A model generated the notes under the pieces. It did not search any database, was not told the origin of the DNA, and worked only from the letters and a program-made list of their open reading frames with translations. Below, piece by piece: positions 36,181-44,418 of a stretch of 64,000 bases of DNA. Made by a program: the position numbers and the translations under genes. The stretch comes from an uncultured bacterium. GTDB taxonomy: Bacteria; Bacteroidota; Bacteroidia; Chitinophagales; CAIODY01. Within the stretch, counting starts at the first letter, position 1, and each line of letters starts with the position of its first letter. The stretch is taken from contig CAIODY010000091.1 in the NCBI GenBank assembly GCA_903857255.1, positions 11,831-75,830 of the forward strand, read 5' to 3'.

Positions 36181-38022
36181 ATGAGTTCAACAGCAACACA
36201 TCACGTATCAGAAGAAGCCATCTATCATAAGGCTGAGTGGCATACACATCATCACCATGAACACAATGGTCATGACCATCAGGATACTTTTTTCAGCAAA
36301 TACGTCTTTTCGCAAGACCATAAAATGATTGCCAAACAGTTCTTGGTAACTGGTATTTTTTGGGCAATTATCGGCGGATTGATGAGTGCTTTATTTCGCA
36401 TTCAATTAGGTTATCCTGATGAACATTTTGGATTTTTGAGTTCATTATTAGGTCATTGGGCACCAGGTGGAAAAATTGACCCTCAATACTATTTAGCATT
36501 AGTAACTATGCATGGTACTATCATGGTATTCTTTGTATTGACTGGTGGATTAAGCGGAACGTTCTCTAACTTTTTGATTCCATTGCAAGTAGGCGCAAGA
36601 GATATGGCATCACCAGCTTTGAATATGCTAAGTTATTGGATGTTCGTGTTATCAAGCGTTGTGATGTTCTCTTCTTATTTCGTTTCATCTGGTCCTGCAT
36701 CAGCTGGTTGGACAGTTTATCCGCCATTGAGTGCTTTGCCTGAAGCAGTAAAAGGTTCAGGAACTGGTCAGGGTTTATGGTTAATCAGTATTGCATTATT
36801 CATTGTATCAGCATTATTGGGTGGTTTGAACTATGTGGCTACCATTTTAAATATGCGTACAAAAGGAATGACGATGACTCGTTTGCCTTTAACCATCTGG
36901 TCATTTTTATTAACTGCTATTTTAGGTATATTGTCTTTCCCGGTATTGTTGAGTGCAGCGTTGTTATTAATTTTCGATAGAAGCTTAGGCACTTCATTTT
37001 ATTTAAATGAAATTTATATCAACGGTCATGCAATGGTTGAACAAACTGGTGGTTCATCTATTTTATTCCAACACTTATTCTGGTTCTTAGGTCATCCTGA
37101 AGTTTACATCGTTATTCTTCCAGCGATGGGTTTAGTATCTGAAGTATTAGCTGTTAGTGCTCGTAAGCCTATCTTTGGTTACAAAGCCATGATTGGTTCT
37201 ATGTTGGCAATTGGTGGTTTATCATTCATCGTTTGGGCGCATCACATGTTCGTATCAGGTATGAATCCTTTTGTAGGTTCTATCTTCGTGGTATTAACGT
37301 TGATTATCGCCGTACCATCTGCTGTAAAAGTATTCAACTGGATTGCAACTATCTGGAGAGGTAGTATCCGTTTCACTCCGCAATCATTATTTGCTATTGG
37401 TTTTGTAAGCTTATTCATCAGCGGTGGTTTGACAGGATTGTTCTTAGGAAACTCAACAGTTGATATTGAATTGACTAAAACTTATTTCGTGGTAGCTCAC
37501 TTCCATATTGTAATGGGTGTTGCGGCGTTCTTCGGTTTGTTTGCTGGTGTTTATCACTGGTATCCAAAAATGTTTGGTCGCTACATGAATAACACTTTGG
37601 GTTACATTCACTTCTTTGTAACCTTCATTGGTAGCTATTTGATTTTCTGGCCTATGCACTATCAGGGAATGGCTGGTTTACCTCGTTGGTATTATACACA
37701 CAGCAGCTACGAAACATTCGGTCACATGGGCGAATTGAGCAAATTCATTTCTACTGTTGCTGTTATCGTTTTCCTCATGCAGGTGTTCTTTATTATCAAC
37801 TTCTTCTACAGCATGTATAAAGGAAGAAAAGTAACTGAACAAAATCCATGGGAAGCTACTACATTGGAATGGACTACACCGATTCAAGCACCACATGGCA
37901 ACTGGGAAGGTGATATTCCTGAAGTTTACCGTTGGCCTTATGATTACAGTAAAGAAAACGGAGAAGGATTTATTACGCAGGATACACCTATGAAACCAGG
38001 TGAACAACAATTGCACCATTAA
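36181..38022 (+). CDS. ctaD: cytochrome c oxidase subunit I
   Basis: 613 aa with classic heme-copper oxidase motifs (TMHGTIMVFF, WFLGHPEVYIVILPAMG, VWAHHMFVSGM, HFHIVMG). Confidence 0.95.
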   Translation: MSSTATHHVSEEAIYHKAEWHTHHHHEHNGHDHQDTFFSKYVFSQDHKMIAKQFLVTGIFWAIIGGLMSALFRIQLGYPDEHFGFLSSLLGHWAPGGKIDPQYYLALVTMHGTIMVFFVLTGGLSGTFSNFLIPLQVGARDMASPALNMLSYWMFVLSSVVMFSSYFVSSGPASAGWTVYPPLSALPEAVKGSGTGQGLWLISIALFIVSALLGGLNYVATILNMRTKGMTMTRLPLTIWSFLLTAILGILSFPVLLSAALLLIFDRSLGTSFYLNEIYINGHAMVEQTGGSSILFQHLFWFLGHPEVYIVILPAMGLVSEVLAVSARKPIFGYKAMIGSMLAIGGLSFIVWAHHMFVSGMNPFVGSIFVVLTLIIAVPSAVKVFNWIATIWRGSIRFTPQSLFAIGFVSLFISGGLTGLFLGNSTVDIELTKTYFVVAHFHIVMGVAAFFGLFAGVYHWYPKMFGRYMNNTLGYIHFFVTFIGSYLIFWPMHYQGMAGLPRWYYTHSSYETFGHMGELSKFISTVAVIVFLMQVFFIINFFYSMYKGRKVTEQNPWEATTLEWTTPIQAPHGNWEGDIPEVYRWPYDYSKENGEGFITQDTPMKPGEQQLHH

Positions 38023-38043
38023 TTTTCAATAGAAAAATAAAAA

Positions 38044-38930
38044 TTGACAAAAGCTATTTCCATATCGAACCCTATCATCAGCAAAATCTATGATTATGGT
38101 GTGTTGGCTAAATTCAAGCTCACCTCCTTCATCATCATGAGTGCGGCGGCGGGCTATGGAATTGCTTTTCAGGGGTCATTAAATACATTTAAGTTCTTTA
38201 GTTTATTAGTAGGCGGATTTTTAATTACAGCTTCATCTAATGCCATCAATCAGATTCTGGAAAGAAATTTTGATGTATTGATGGACAGAACAGCTAACCG
38301 ACCATTGGCATCAGAACGTATGAGTTTGATGGAAGCCATGGTAGCAGCAGGTTTTGCAGGCGTTGGAGGGGTAATGGTATTGTGGTTTTATTGCAATAAC
38401 ATTGCAGGTATATTAGGCGCACTGGCTTTATTGAGCTATGCATTTATATATACGCCAATGAAACGGATTTCTCCCATTTCAGTATGGGTAGGAGCTATAC
38501 CAGGTGCCTTGCCACCAATGATAGGCGTAGTTGCAGCAACTGGCAGATTAGATGCATTGGCCTGGGTAATGTTTGGCATTCAGTTCTTATGGCAGTTTCC
38601 ACACTATTGGGCTATTGCCTGGTGATTGACGAAGATTATCAGAAAGCAGGTTATAAAATGTTGCCGTCAAAAGGCGGAAAAGACAGAATCACTGCATCAT
38701 TCAGTTTGTTATATGCAGCCATGTTGATTCCGATGGGAATTATCCCGACTTATTTTGGCTGGTGCAATAATTTAACTTTGGTCATTATGGTGCTTTGCGG
38801 ATTAATGATGTTGGTGCAGGCAATCGTTCTTTTTATAAAATTAGATAACAAGGCAGCAAGAGGATTAATGTTTGGTTCATTTGTTTATTTACCAATTGTT
38901 TTGCTGGCTTTAATCATAGGAAAAATATAA
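38044..38930 (+). pseudogene. cyoE: heme O synthase (protoheme IX farnesyltransferase) interrupted by a single-nucleotide frameshift
   Basis: ORF 38044..38625 ends ...FLWQFPHYWAIAW-TGA. ORF 38484..38930, in another frame, continues ...LVIDEDYQKAGYKMLPSKGG... to a normal CyoE/CtaB C-terminus. Adding one G to the GG at 38621-38622 restores AIAWVIDEDYQKAGYKMLP and a protein of about 295 aa. Confidence 0.85.
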
Positions 38931-38937
38931 GTACAAA

Positions 38938-39534
38938 ATGGCAACAACAGCTACATATCAACCAACTGCCGACGATTATAAAATTAATCCGAAGAAGTTT
39001 GCTTTATGGGCGGCAATTGCCAGCATCTGTATGTTCTTTGTTGGCATCACCAGCGCATTTATTGTAAAAAAAGGTGCTGATGTAGCCAACGGACATTGGA
39101 TGTTTTTTAAAATGCCGGTGATATTTTATTTCAGCACGGTAGTTATTGTATTAAGCAGTGTGAGTTTGTTTTTTGCTAAAAAGTTCTTTTTAAAAGGTGA
39201 TAAAAGCGGCTATCAGATTTCGATGTTAATCAGTTCCATATTAGGCACAGTATTTTTAGTGATGCAATATCTAGGTTGGAGAGCATTAGTTGAAATTGGA
39301 GTTTATTTGGGTGGTAGTTTATCTAACCCGAGCGGTTCGTTTTTTTACATTATTTCGGGCACACATGCTTTACATATTTTGGGTGGCTTAATCATTATGT
39401 ATTGGGCAACCATTAAAGCATTTGTTCGCAAAACTAATGTACAGAGCAAATTGGGAATAGAGTTGATTTCTACTTACTGGCATTTTGTAGATTTCTTATG
39501 GTTGTATTTATTTGCGATGTTGCTTTTCTTCTAG
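38938..39534 (+). CDS. cytochrome c oxidase subunit III family protein (first copy)
   Basis: 198 aa and five TM helices. The C-terminal motif STYWHFVDFLWLYLF is typical of COX3. Confidence 0.8.
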   Translation: MATTATYQPTADDYKINPKKFALWAAIASICMFFVGITSAFIVKKGADVANGHWMFFKMPVIFYFSTVVIVLSSVSLFFAKKFFLKGDKSGYQISMLISSILGTVFLVMQYLGWRALVEIGVYLGGSLSNPSGSFFYIISGTHALHILGGLIIMYWATIKAFVRKTNVQSKLGIELISTYWHFVDFLWLYLFAMLLFF

Positions 39535-39542
39535 CAAGTAAT

Positions 39543-39630
39543 AACAAATACATTCAACCACATAGGGACATAAAAAACATAGAAGACAAGATTAAAAAGA
39601 CAAAGAGAACATAAGTTTCACAAGCGAAAA
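39543..39630 (+). repeat. intergenic repeat element, copy 2 (spacer between the two cox3 genes)
   Basis: aacaaatacattcaaccacatagggacata...caagattaaaaag...gaacataagtttcacaagcgaaaaaa. It starts 9 nt after the upstream stop codon. Confidence 0.8.
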
Positions 39631-39712
39631 AATTTGTGAAACAGGGAAAATAGAAAAAGAAATATTCGTGCATTCGTGGCGAAAAAAATAAAAAACAGAA
39701 AATAAAATAAAC

Positions 39713-40399
39713 ATGAGTTCAACAGCAACGACAAGTTCAAACGTATGGGGTGGTGGCGTATCACCATTTAATGTGCGTTGGGGAAAATTAATGATGTGGT
39801 ACTTTTTGGTGAGTGATGCTTTTACCTTTTCTGCCTTACTGGTAGCTTATGGCACTATTCGCACCATGAATCCTTGGTGGCCTAACCCACAACATGTATT
39901 CCGCAGCTTTCCTTTTTGTGGCACTGCCAATTTACCGCTGTTATTCGTAAGTTTAATGACTTTCATCCTCATCATGAGTTCGGTAACTATGGTGTTGGCT
40001 GTTTACGAAGGACATCGCAACAACCGCAACAAAGTGATTATGTGGATGATACCAACTATTATTGGTGGTATAGCTTTCTTGAGTTGCCAAGCTTGGGAAT
40101 GGACACATTTAATTGTTGACGAACATACCCGTTTAACATCTAACTTTTTTGGTCCGATAGTAAATGGCGAAGAAACACATGGTCCAGCACAATTTGGTCA
40201 GTTGTTTTTTGTTATCACAGGTTTCCACGGCTTTCACGTATTTTCGGGGGTTATTATCAATATCTTATTAACACTTGCAGTGGCAAAAGGAACATTCGAT
40301 AAAAAAGGAAATTACGAAATGGTTGAAAAAGTAGGCTTATACTGGCACTTTGTAGATTTAGTGTGGGTATTTGTGTTCTTGTGTTTTTATCTTTTATAA
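39713..40399 (+). CDS. cytochrome c oxidase subunit III family protein (second copy)
   Basis: 228 aa with FFVITGFHGFHVFSGV and GLYWHFVDLVWVFVFLCFY, both typical COX3 motifs. Confidence 0.85.
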   Translation: MSSTATTSSNVWGGGVSPFNVRWGKLMMWYFLVSDAFTFSALLVAYGTIRTMNPWWPNPQHVFRSFPFCGTANLPLLFVSLMTFILIMSSVTMVLAVYEGHRNNRNKVIMWMIPTIIGGIAFLSCQAWEWTHLIVDEHTRLTSNFFGPIVNGEETHGPAQFGQLFFVITGFHGFHVFSGVIINILLTLAVAKGTFDKKGNYEMVEKVGLYWHFVDLVWVFVFLCFYLL

Positions 40400-40402
40400 C
40401 CC

Positions 40403-40484
40403 ATACAATTTAACCACAAAGGCACAGTAGTTTTCATAGCAATACAAAATGCAAGCGACGCATAGTTTCGCAAGCGAAAAAAAA
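40403..40484 (+). repeat. intergenic repeat element, copy 3 (cox3 to subunit IV spacer)
   Basis: catacaatttaaccacaaaggcacagtag...caatacaaaatgcaagcgacgcatagtttcgcaagcgaaaaaaaa. It starts 4 nt after the upstream stop codon. Confidence 0.75.
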
Positions 40485-40511
40485 TAATTCATAATTCATA
40501 ACTCAATTAAT

Positions 40512-40880
40512 ATGTCAGAAGAAGTACACGAACACGAAGCATCAAGCCCAAAAACAATTTGGAGAACTTTCTGGATTTTATTGGCAATTACTATTGGTGA
40601 AATTTTGTTTGCAGTTTTAGTTGCACCACACATGGGCGGCAAACTAATCCCTAACTTATTATATGCTGTATTGTCTATCATGAAAGCAGGCTATATCATT
40701 TCTGAATTTATGCACATGAAATACGAAGCCAAAAACTTGATTCGTACAGTAGGTTTACCAACCTTGCTTTTGATTTGGTTAATCACCGCTTTAGCCATGG
40801 AAGGCACCAGTTGGAAACACATGATGAACAAACCCATGCCCGAAGGTGCTGAAATGGAACATGCGGCTGCCAGCAAATAA
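40512..40880 (+). CDS. prokaryotic cytochrome c oxidase subunit IV family protein
   Basis: 122 aa and three TM helices (TFWILLAITIGEILFAVLVA...). It is the last gene before the operon terminator. Confidence 0.72.
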   Translation: MSEEVHEHEASSPKTIWRTFWILLAITIGEILFAVLVAPHMGGKLIPNLLYAVLSIMKAGYIISEFMHMKYEAKNLIRTVGLPTLLLIWLITALAMEGTSWKHMMNKPMPEGAEMEHAAASK

Positions 40881-40900
40881 ACGATGCTGCTAAAAATATT

Positions 40901-40936
40901 AAAAGCCTCTTTACCATAGTGTAGAGAGGCTTTTTT
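40901..40936 (+). terminator. intrinsic terminator closing the ACIII/cox cluster
   Basis: A 10-bp stem, gcctctttac (40905-14) pairing with gtagagaggc (40921-30) with one G-U pair, has a 6-nt loop and is followed by TTTTTT. Confidence 0.75.
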
Positions 40937-41106
40937 ATTGCCTTGTTTCAATGGCTGTATAATCAAGATGGGTGGATAATTGCTGAACTGCTGTGATGCT
41001 TTGAGATGAGCGGTATTGCTTTTTTATAAAAAATGATGAAAACTTTTTCGATTTCATTTAATATATTCGCAACCTATTTTTTTAATCACCTAATTATCCC
41101 AATTTT

Positions 41107-42969
41107 ATGAAGGTAAACAAACTGATTATTGCACTATGCTTAGTGTTTGTTGGCTATACTACTATTACTTTAGCTCAATCGAAAAAGAAGAAGAGTAATA
41201 CCGAACAAACCGATGATGAAAACACTGATGATGCACCCAAAAAATCATCGAAGAAATCAAAAAAAGCGGCGGAGGAGGAGGATGGAAGCGATGCCGATTT
41301 TAAACCTACCAAAAGTGCTAATAGAATTGAAGTGGATATAAAAGTAAAAGACAATTCTGATGGCTCATCGAGTGCGGTGGTAGTGCCTGTGGGCGAAGAT
41401 GGGGTAATATTGTTTGCACAAAGTGCCGAACACAGCAAGGATGGGGCAAAGCAATGGCTTTTCAAACACTATGATACCAAATTAAACGAAATTGCTAACA
41501 CTTCTTATGGCGTTAATAAAAGTGTTGCCTTCTTTAAATATTATTTCGATAAAGAAAAGAATGCCATTTATATTTTGATGGGCGAAAAAGGTAAATCGGG
41601 CAGTGCTGAAAACGAAGCCAACAATGTTTATATGGAAGGCAATGTGGAAATTTTGAAGTATAATATCAAGAACGATAAAATTTCTTCTACCGCTGGTATG
41701 TTACCAGTGCGAACCTCTATCAATAGTTTTGTGGAGAAAAAAGGTACGGCTTATTTTGGTGGTAATACTTTGCCCAGTAGCACACAAATTTATTTAAAGC
41801 AATGCTATATTTTTGGGTTGTGTTGTATTCCGGGCTTATTAGGTGCTGCTCACATTCCATACCATCCTATTTTGTTTAAAGCCAACCTAAAAGAAAAAAA
41901 TTTCACTTTAGAAACCATGAATTATTCGGGCGATGCTTCGGTGGTTAATATATCTACTGGCGATGATGTGGATGAAGTTTCGGCGGCAGTGGCTAATCGC
42001 CCAAGTAGTAAGGAGCCTGCCAAGATGTATTTGAAGAATTTTGAAGCAGGCAAATTGGTTAGCACTTATAAATTTAAAACAAAATCAGATGAAGAGCTGA
42101 CTAACGCTTCTATTTATAAACTTTCGCAAGGCGATGATTTAGTTTTTGGCACTTATGCTGCACCTTTGGCTGATAAACCCTTCTTAAAAAAGATACAAAA
42201 GTTTGAAATCTCTTATAACACCAATAGTGCCGATGGATTTTTTATTTCTCGGTTTATCGAAGGCAAACAAAAATATCTAAAACGCTTCAATTTTGATAAG
42301 TATATTGAAGTTAGCGCACCATCTTCATTTTTTATTGGCAAAAAAAGAGTGGCAAAAATGATTAAATCATCCATGTCGTTTCTTTTACAAAACGTTATTA
42401 AGAAAGATGATAACCATTATGTATTAATTGGGGATATTTTTATGCCACATTATCATACTGCATATAGAAGTAATGGTAAAACCACCGAAGCTGTTCAAGT
42501 ATTTGATGGTTGGTTGTTTGTAGCTGCTTTGGTATGCAACTTCGACCCCGAAGTTGGTAAGATGAATTGGATTTCGGTACTCCATGCGTATGATTTTAAA
42601 CACTCTAAAGATAATGCCATTTCTATTTCATCTACCATACGCCCCAAAGTGCAAATTTTGCCATCAGATAATACCGATAATATAGTAGCTGTGTATAACG
42701 ATGGTAAACACATCAAATCTACTATCATTGCGCCCGATGGAAGTGTTACAGAAGGCAGAAAAAAGACTATTGATATGGGCTTGAAGAATGATAAAGATAA
42801 AGTAACCAATACTTATGGCGGCGGACAGGTAGATTATTGGTATGGTAATTACTTTATTGCTTATGGTGCACAACGAATTAAAACCAAAGGGCAATTATTT
42901 GGCGGAAGAAGAACTATTTTTTACATCAATAAGATTGCTTACAAACAAAAAGCTACTACTGACGATTAA
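41107..42969 (+). CDS. hypothetical secreted protein (620 aa) with a K/E/D-rich low-complexity N-terminal region
   Basis: Signal peptide MKVNKLIIALCLVFVGYTTITLAQS, then KKKKSNTEQTDDENTDDAPKKSSKKSKKAAEEEDGSD. I recognise no catalytic motif. Confidence 0.7.
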   Translation: MKVNKLIIALCLVFVGYTTITLAQSKKKKSNTEQTDDENTDDAPKKSSKKSKKAAEEEDGSDADFKPTKSANRIEVDIKVKDNSDGSSSAVVVPVGEDGVILFAQSAEHSKDGAKQWLFKHYDTKLNEIANTSYGVNKSVAFFKYYFDKEKNAIYILMGEKGKSGSAENEANNVYMEGNVEILKYNIKNDKISSTAGMLPVRTSINSFVEKKGTAYFGGNTLPSSTQIYLKQCYIFGLCCIPGLLGAAHIPYHPILFKANLKEKNFTLETMNYSGDASVVNISTGDDVDEVSAAVANRPSSKEPAKMYLKNFEAGKLVSTYKFKTKSDEELTNASIYKLSQGDDLVFGTYAAPLADKPFLKKIQKFEISYNTNSADGFFISRFIEGKQKYLKRFNFDKYIEVSAPSSFFIGKKRVAKMIKSSMSFLLQNVIKKDDNHYVLIGDIFMPHYHTAYRSNGKTTEAVQVFDGWLFVAALVCNFDPEVGKMNWISVLHAYDFKHSKDNAISISSTIRPKVQILPSDNTDNIVAVYNDGKHIKSTIIAPDGSVTEGRKKTIDMGLKNDKDKVTNTYGGGQVDYWYGNYFIAYGAQRIKTKGQLFGGRRTIFYINKIAYKQKATTDD

Positions 42970-42997
42970 AAGTGTACGACAACAATCACTTATAAAG

Positions 42998-43029
42998 GCT
43001 CAAACTGTAATGGTTTGGGCTTTTTTTTT
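42998..43029 (+). terminator. intrinsic terminator after the 41107..42969 gene
   Basis: Stem gctcaaac (42998-43005) pairs with gtttgggc (43013-43020) with one G-U pair. A run of nine T follows. Confidence 0.7.
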
Positions 43030-43034
43030 GCGGC

Positions 43035-43214
43035 TTACCCCCTTTTAGGAAAATTTCACCCCTTTTTTTTTCTGAAAAGGGGGTGAAAAAAATTAAAAGA
43101 CTACCTTTTTTAAAAATTTCACCCCCTTTTTTTTAAATTTTAGGAGTAAGAATTTTCAGAAGGGGAGTAGTTTTTAAAATTTCACCCCTTTTTTTATTTT
43201 TTTCACCCCTTTTG
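43035..43214 (+). repeat. phased array of TTTCACCCC(C)TTTT motifs (five direct copies plus one full inverted copy)
   Basis: The reference A of the motif (ttcAcccc or ttAccccc) is at 43037, 43058, 43121, 43184 and 43205, giving spacings of 21, 63, 63 and 21 nt. An inverted copy, aaaagggggtgaaa, is at 43075-43088. Confidence 0.85.
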
Positions 43215-43274
43215 CTAATAAAAAAAGCTGTGTTTTGATTATTTTTTCTACCAAGCTCACCTACCATACATCAT

Positions 43275-43295
43275 GTGGAAAAACCATGTGGATAA
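43275..43295 (+). promoter_or_regulatory. two DnaA-box-like 9-mers 12 nt apart
   Basis: TGTGGAAAA (43275-83) has one mismatch. TGTGGATAA (43287-95) is the exact complement of TTATCCACA. Both sit inside the direct repeat CATGTGGA(A/T)AA. Confidence 0.3.
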
Positions 43296-43344
43296 ATATT
43301 ATATGAAACAATAGTTTCTTTTTTGGAAAATTATTGAAAGTGAT

Positions 43345-43352
43345 TATTTTTG
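43345..43352 (+). promoter_or_regulatory. candidate -7 promoter box (TATTTTTG) for the 43392 gene
   Basis: It matches TAnnTTTG and lies 40 nt upstream of the ATG. Confidence 0.35.
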
Positions 43353-43391
43353 TTATACAAATCTATTTTCTAACCACTAAATTTTTTAAAA

Positions 43392-44057
43392 ATGACTTTA
43401 ACACAACATGTATCTTACGATTTTGTTACCATGAAAGTAGCCGATAAAACTATTTTCGGCGAAAAAGTTTACACCCAGCTATTAGCCAATGCAGCCACTT
43501 TCATAGGTTTGCCTCATGCGCCTGCTGCTGTGCAGGCGGCTAATACTGATTTGGCAAATAAAACTGCTGCCGCTGACAATGGCGATAAAACTGCTATTGA
43601 TAACAGAGATGCTTCAGAAAAAGCTTGGATAAAAATTTTTAAAGAAAATGCTAAATTGGTTGATAACACTGCTAATGGCGATAAAACCATTATTGATAAA
43701 AGTGGTTATAATGCTACTAAAGCTAATAGTGAGCATACGGTAGCACCTACTTCATTAACTAATCATCAAACCAGTGTTGATGGCATGACTAATGCTATAA
43801 AAAGCAGTGTAGATGCGGATACTAATATAGCTGCTTTTGTGCATTTTGCTAAAACTGCCAATGTGCAGGTGCAGCAAATGGGCAATCAGCTCAATTTTAC
43901 TGTAGGCACTGAAAAAATCAATATTGTTTTCGATACACATCGTAGCGTTGTGATTAATGGTTTGGCAAGCCATGTGGCAGTGCAGGTACAAGCCATGGGG
44001 ATTAACTTAGCTGGTGCCAGTCAGTTGACTAATGCCCGAACTAATTCACCACAATAA
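43392..44057 (+). CDS. hypothetical protein (221 aa)
   Basis: A clean ORF with its own candidate promoter box and a strong downstream terminator. It has no signal peptide and no motif I recognise. Confidence 0.65.
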   Translation: MTLTQHVSYDFVTMKVADKTIFGEKVYTQLLANAATFIGLPHAPAAVQAANTDLANKTAAADNGDKTAIDNRDASEKAWIKIFKENAKLVDNTANGDKTIIDKSGYNATKANSEHTVAPTSLTNHQTSVDGMTNAIKSSVDADTNIAAFVHFAKTANVQVQQMGNQLNFTVGTEKINIVFDTHRSVVINGLASHVAVQVQAMGINLAGASQLTNARTNSPQ

Positions 44058-44113
44058 TCTAAAAAGGGTATAGATGGCTGGTTAATAGCCAATAATAATT
44101 GTACTAAACCTTG

Positions 44114-44149
44114 AGTATGGCGAACTTTTAAAGTTCGCCATACTTTTTT
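44114..44149 (+). terminator. intrinsic terminator
   Basis: A perfect 14-bp stem, agtatggcgaactt pairing with aagttcgccatact, is followed by TTTTT. Confidence 0.8.
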
Positions 44150-44418
44150 AGGTACCCTCTGTTTAAAACTTAGTATGCCTTAGCAAACTAAGAGGCTGAG
44201 TGGTTTTGTTTTTTTTAGTAGTTGTAAAAAAAATGACCATCAATGCTGGCAGTAATACCGAAGTAAAAGTTTTAGCAGCACAGGTACTATTACTTTGTTA
44301 AGATAAATTTTCCTTTAGTGAAAATAAAAAGGCTTTTTGAAAAATCGGGTAGCCTTTTTAATTTATCCTCCTCTTTTTCATTAAAATCAATTATTTTCGC
44401 CCATCGAAAAAAAATTGC

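Noticed and set aside
38484-38620. An independent start for the second cyoE ORF (the Met at 38484).
   Set aside because: The first roughly 45 codons of that ORF (MGRSYTRCLATNDRRSCSNWQIRC...) overlap the well-conserved first frame and are not CyoE-like. Only the part after about 38620 is genuine coding sequence.
43035-43214. A CRISPR array or a chromosomal oriC.
   Set aside because: The repeats are only about 13-20 nt, with irregular 21 and 63 nt spacing and no cas genes, so this is not a CRISPR array. Genes on both sides run in the same (+) direction and only two DnaA-like boxes are present, so a chromosomal origin is unsupported without GC-skew or coverage data.
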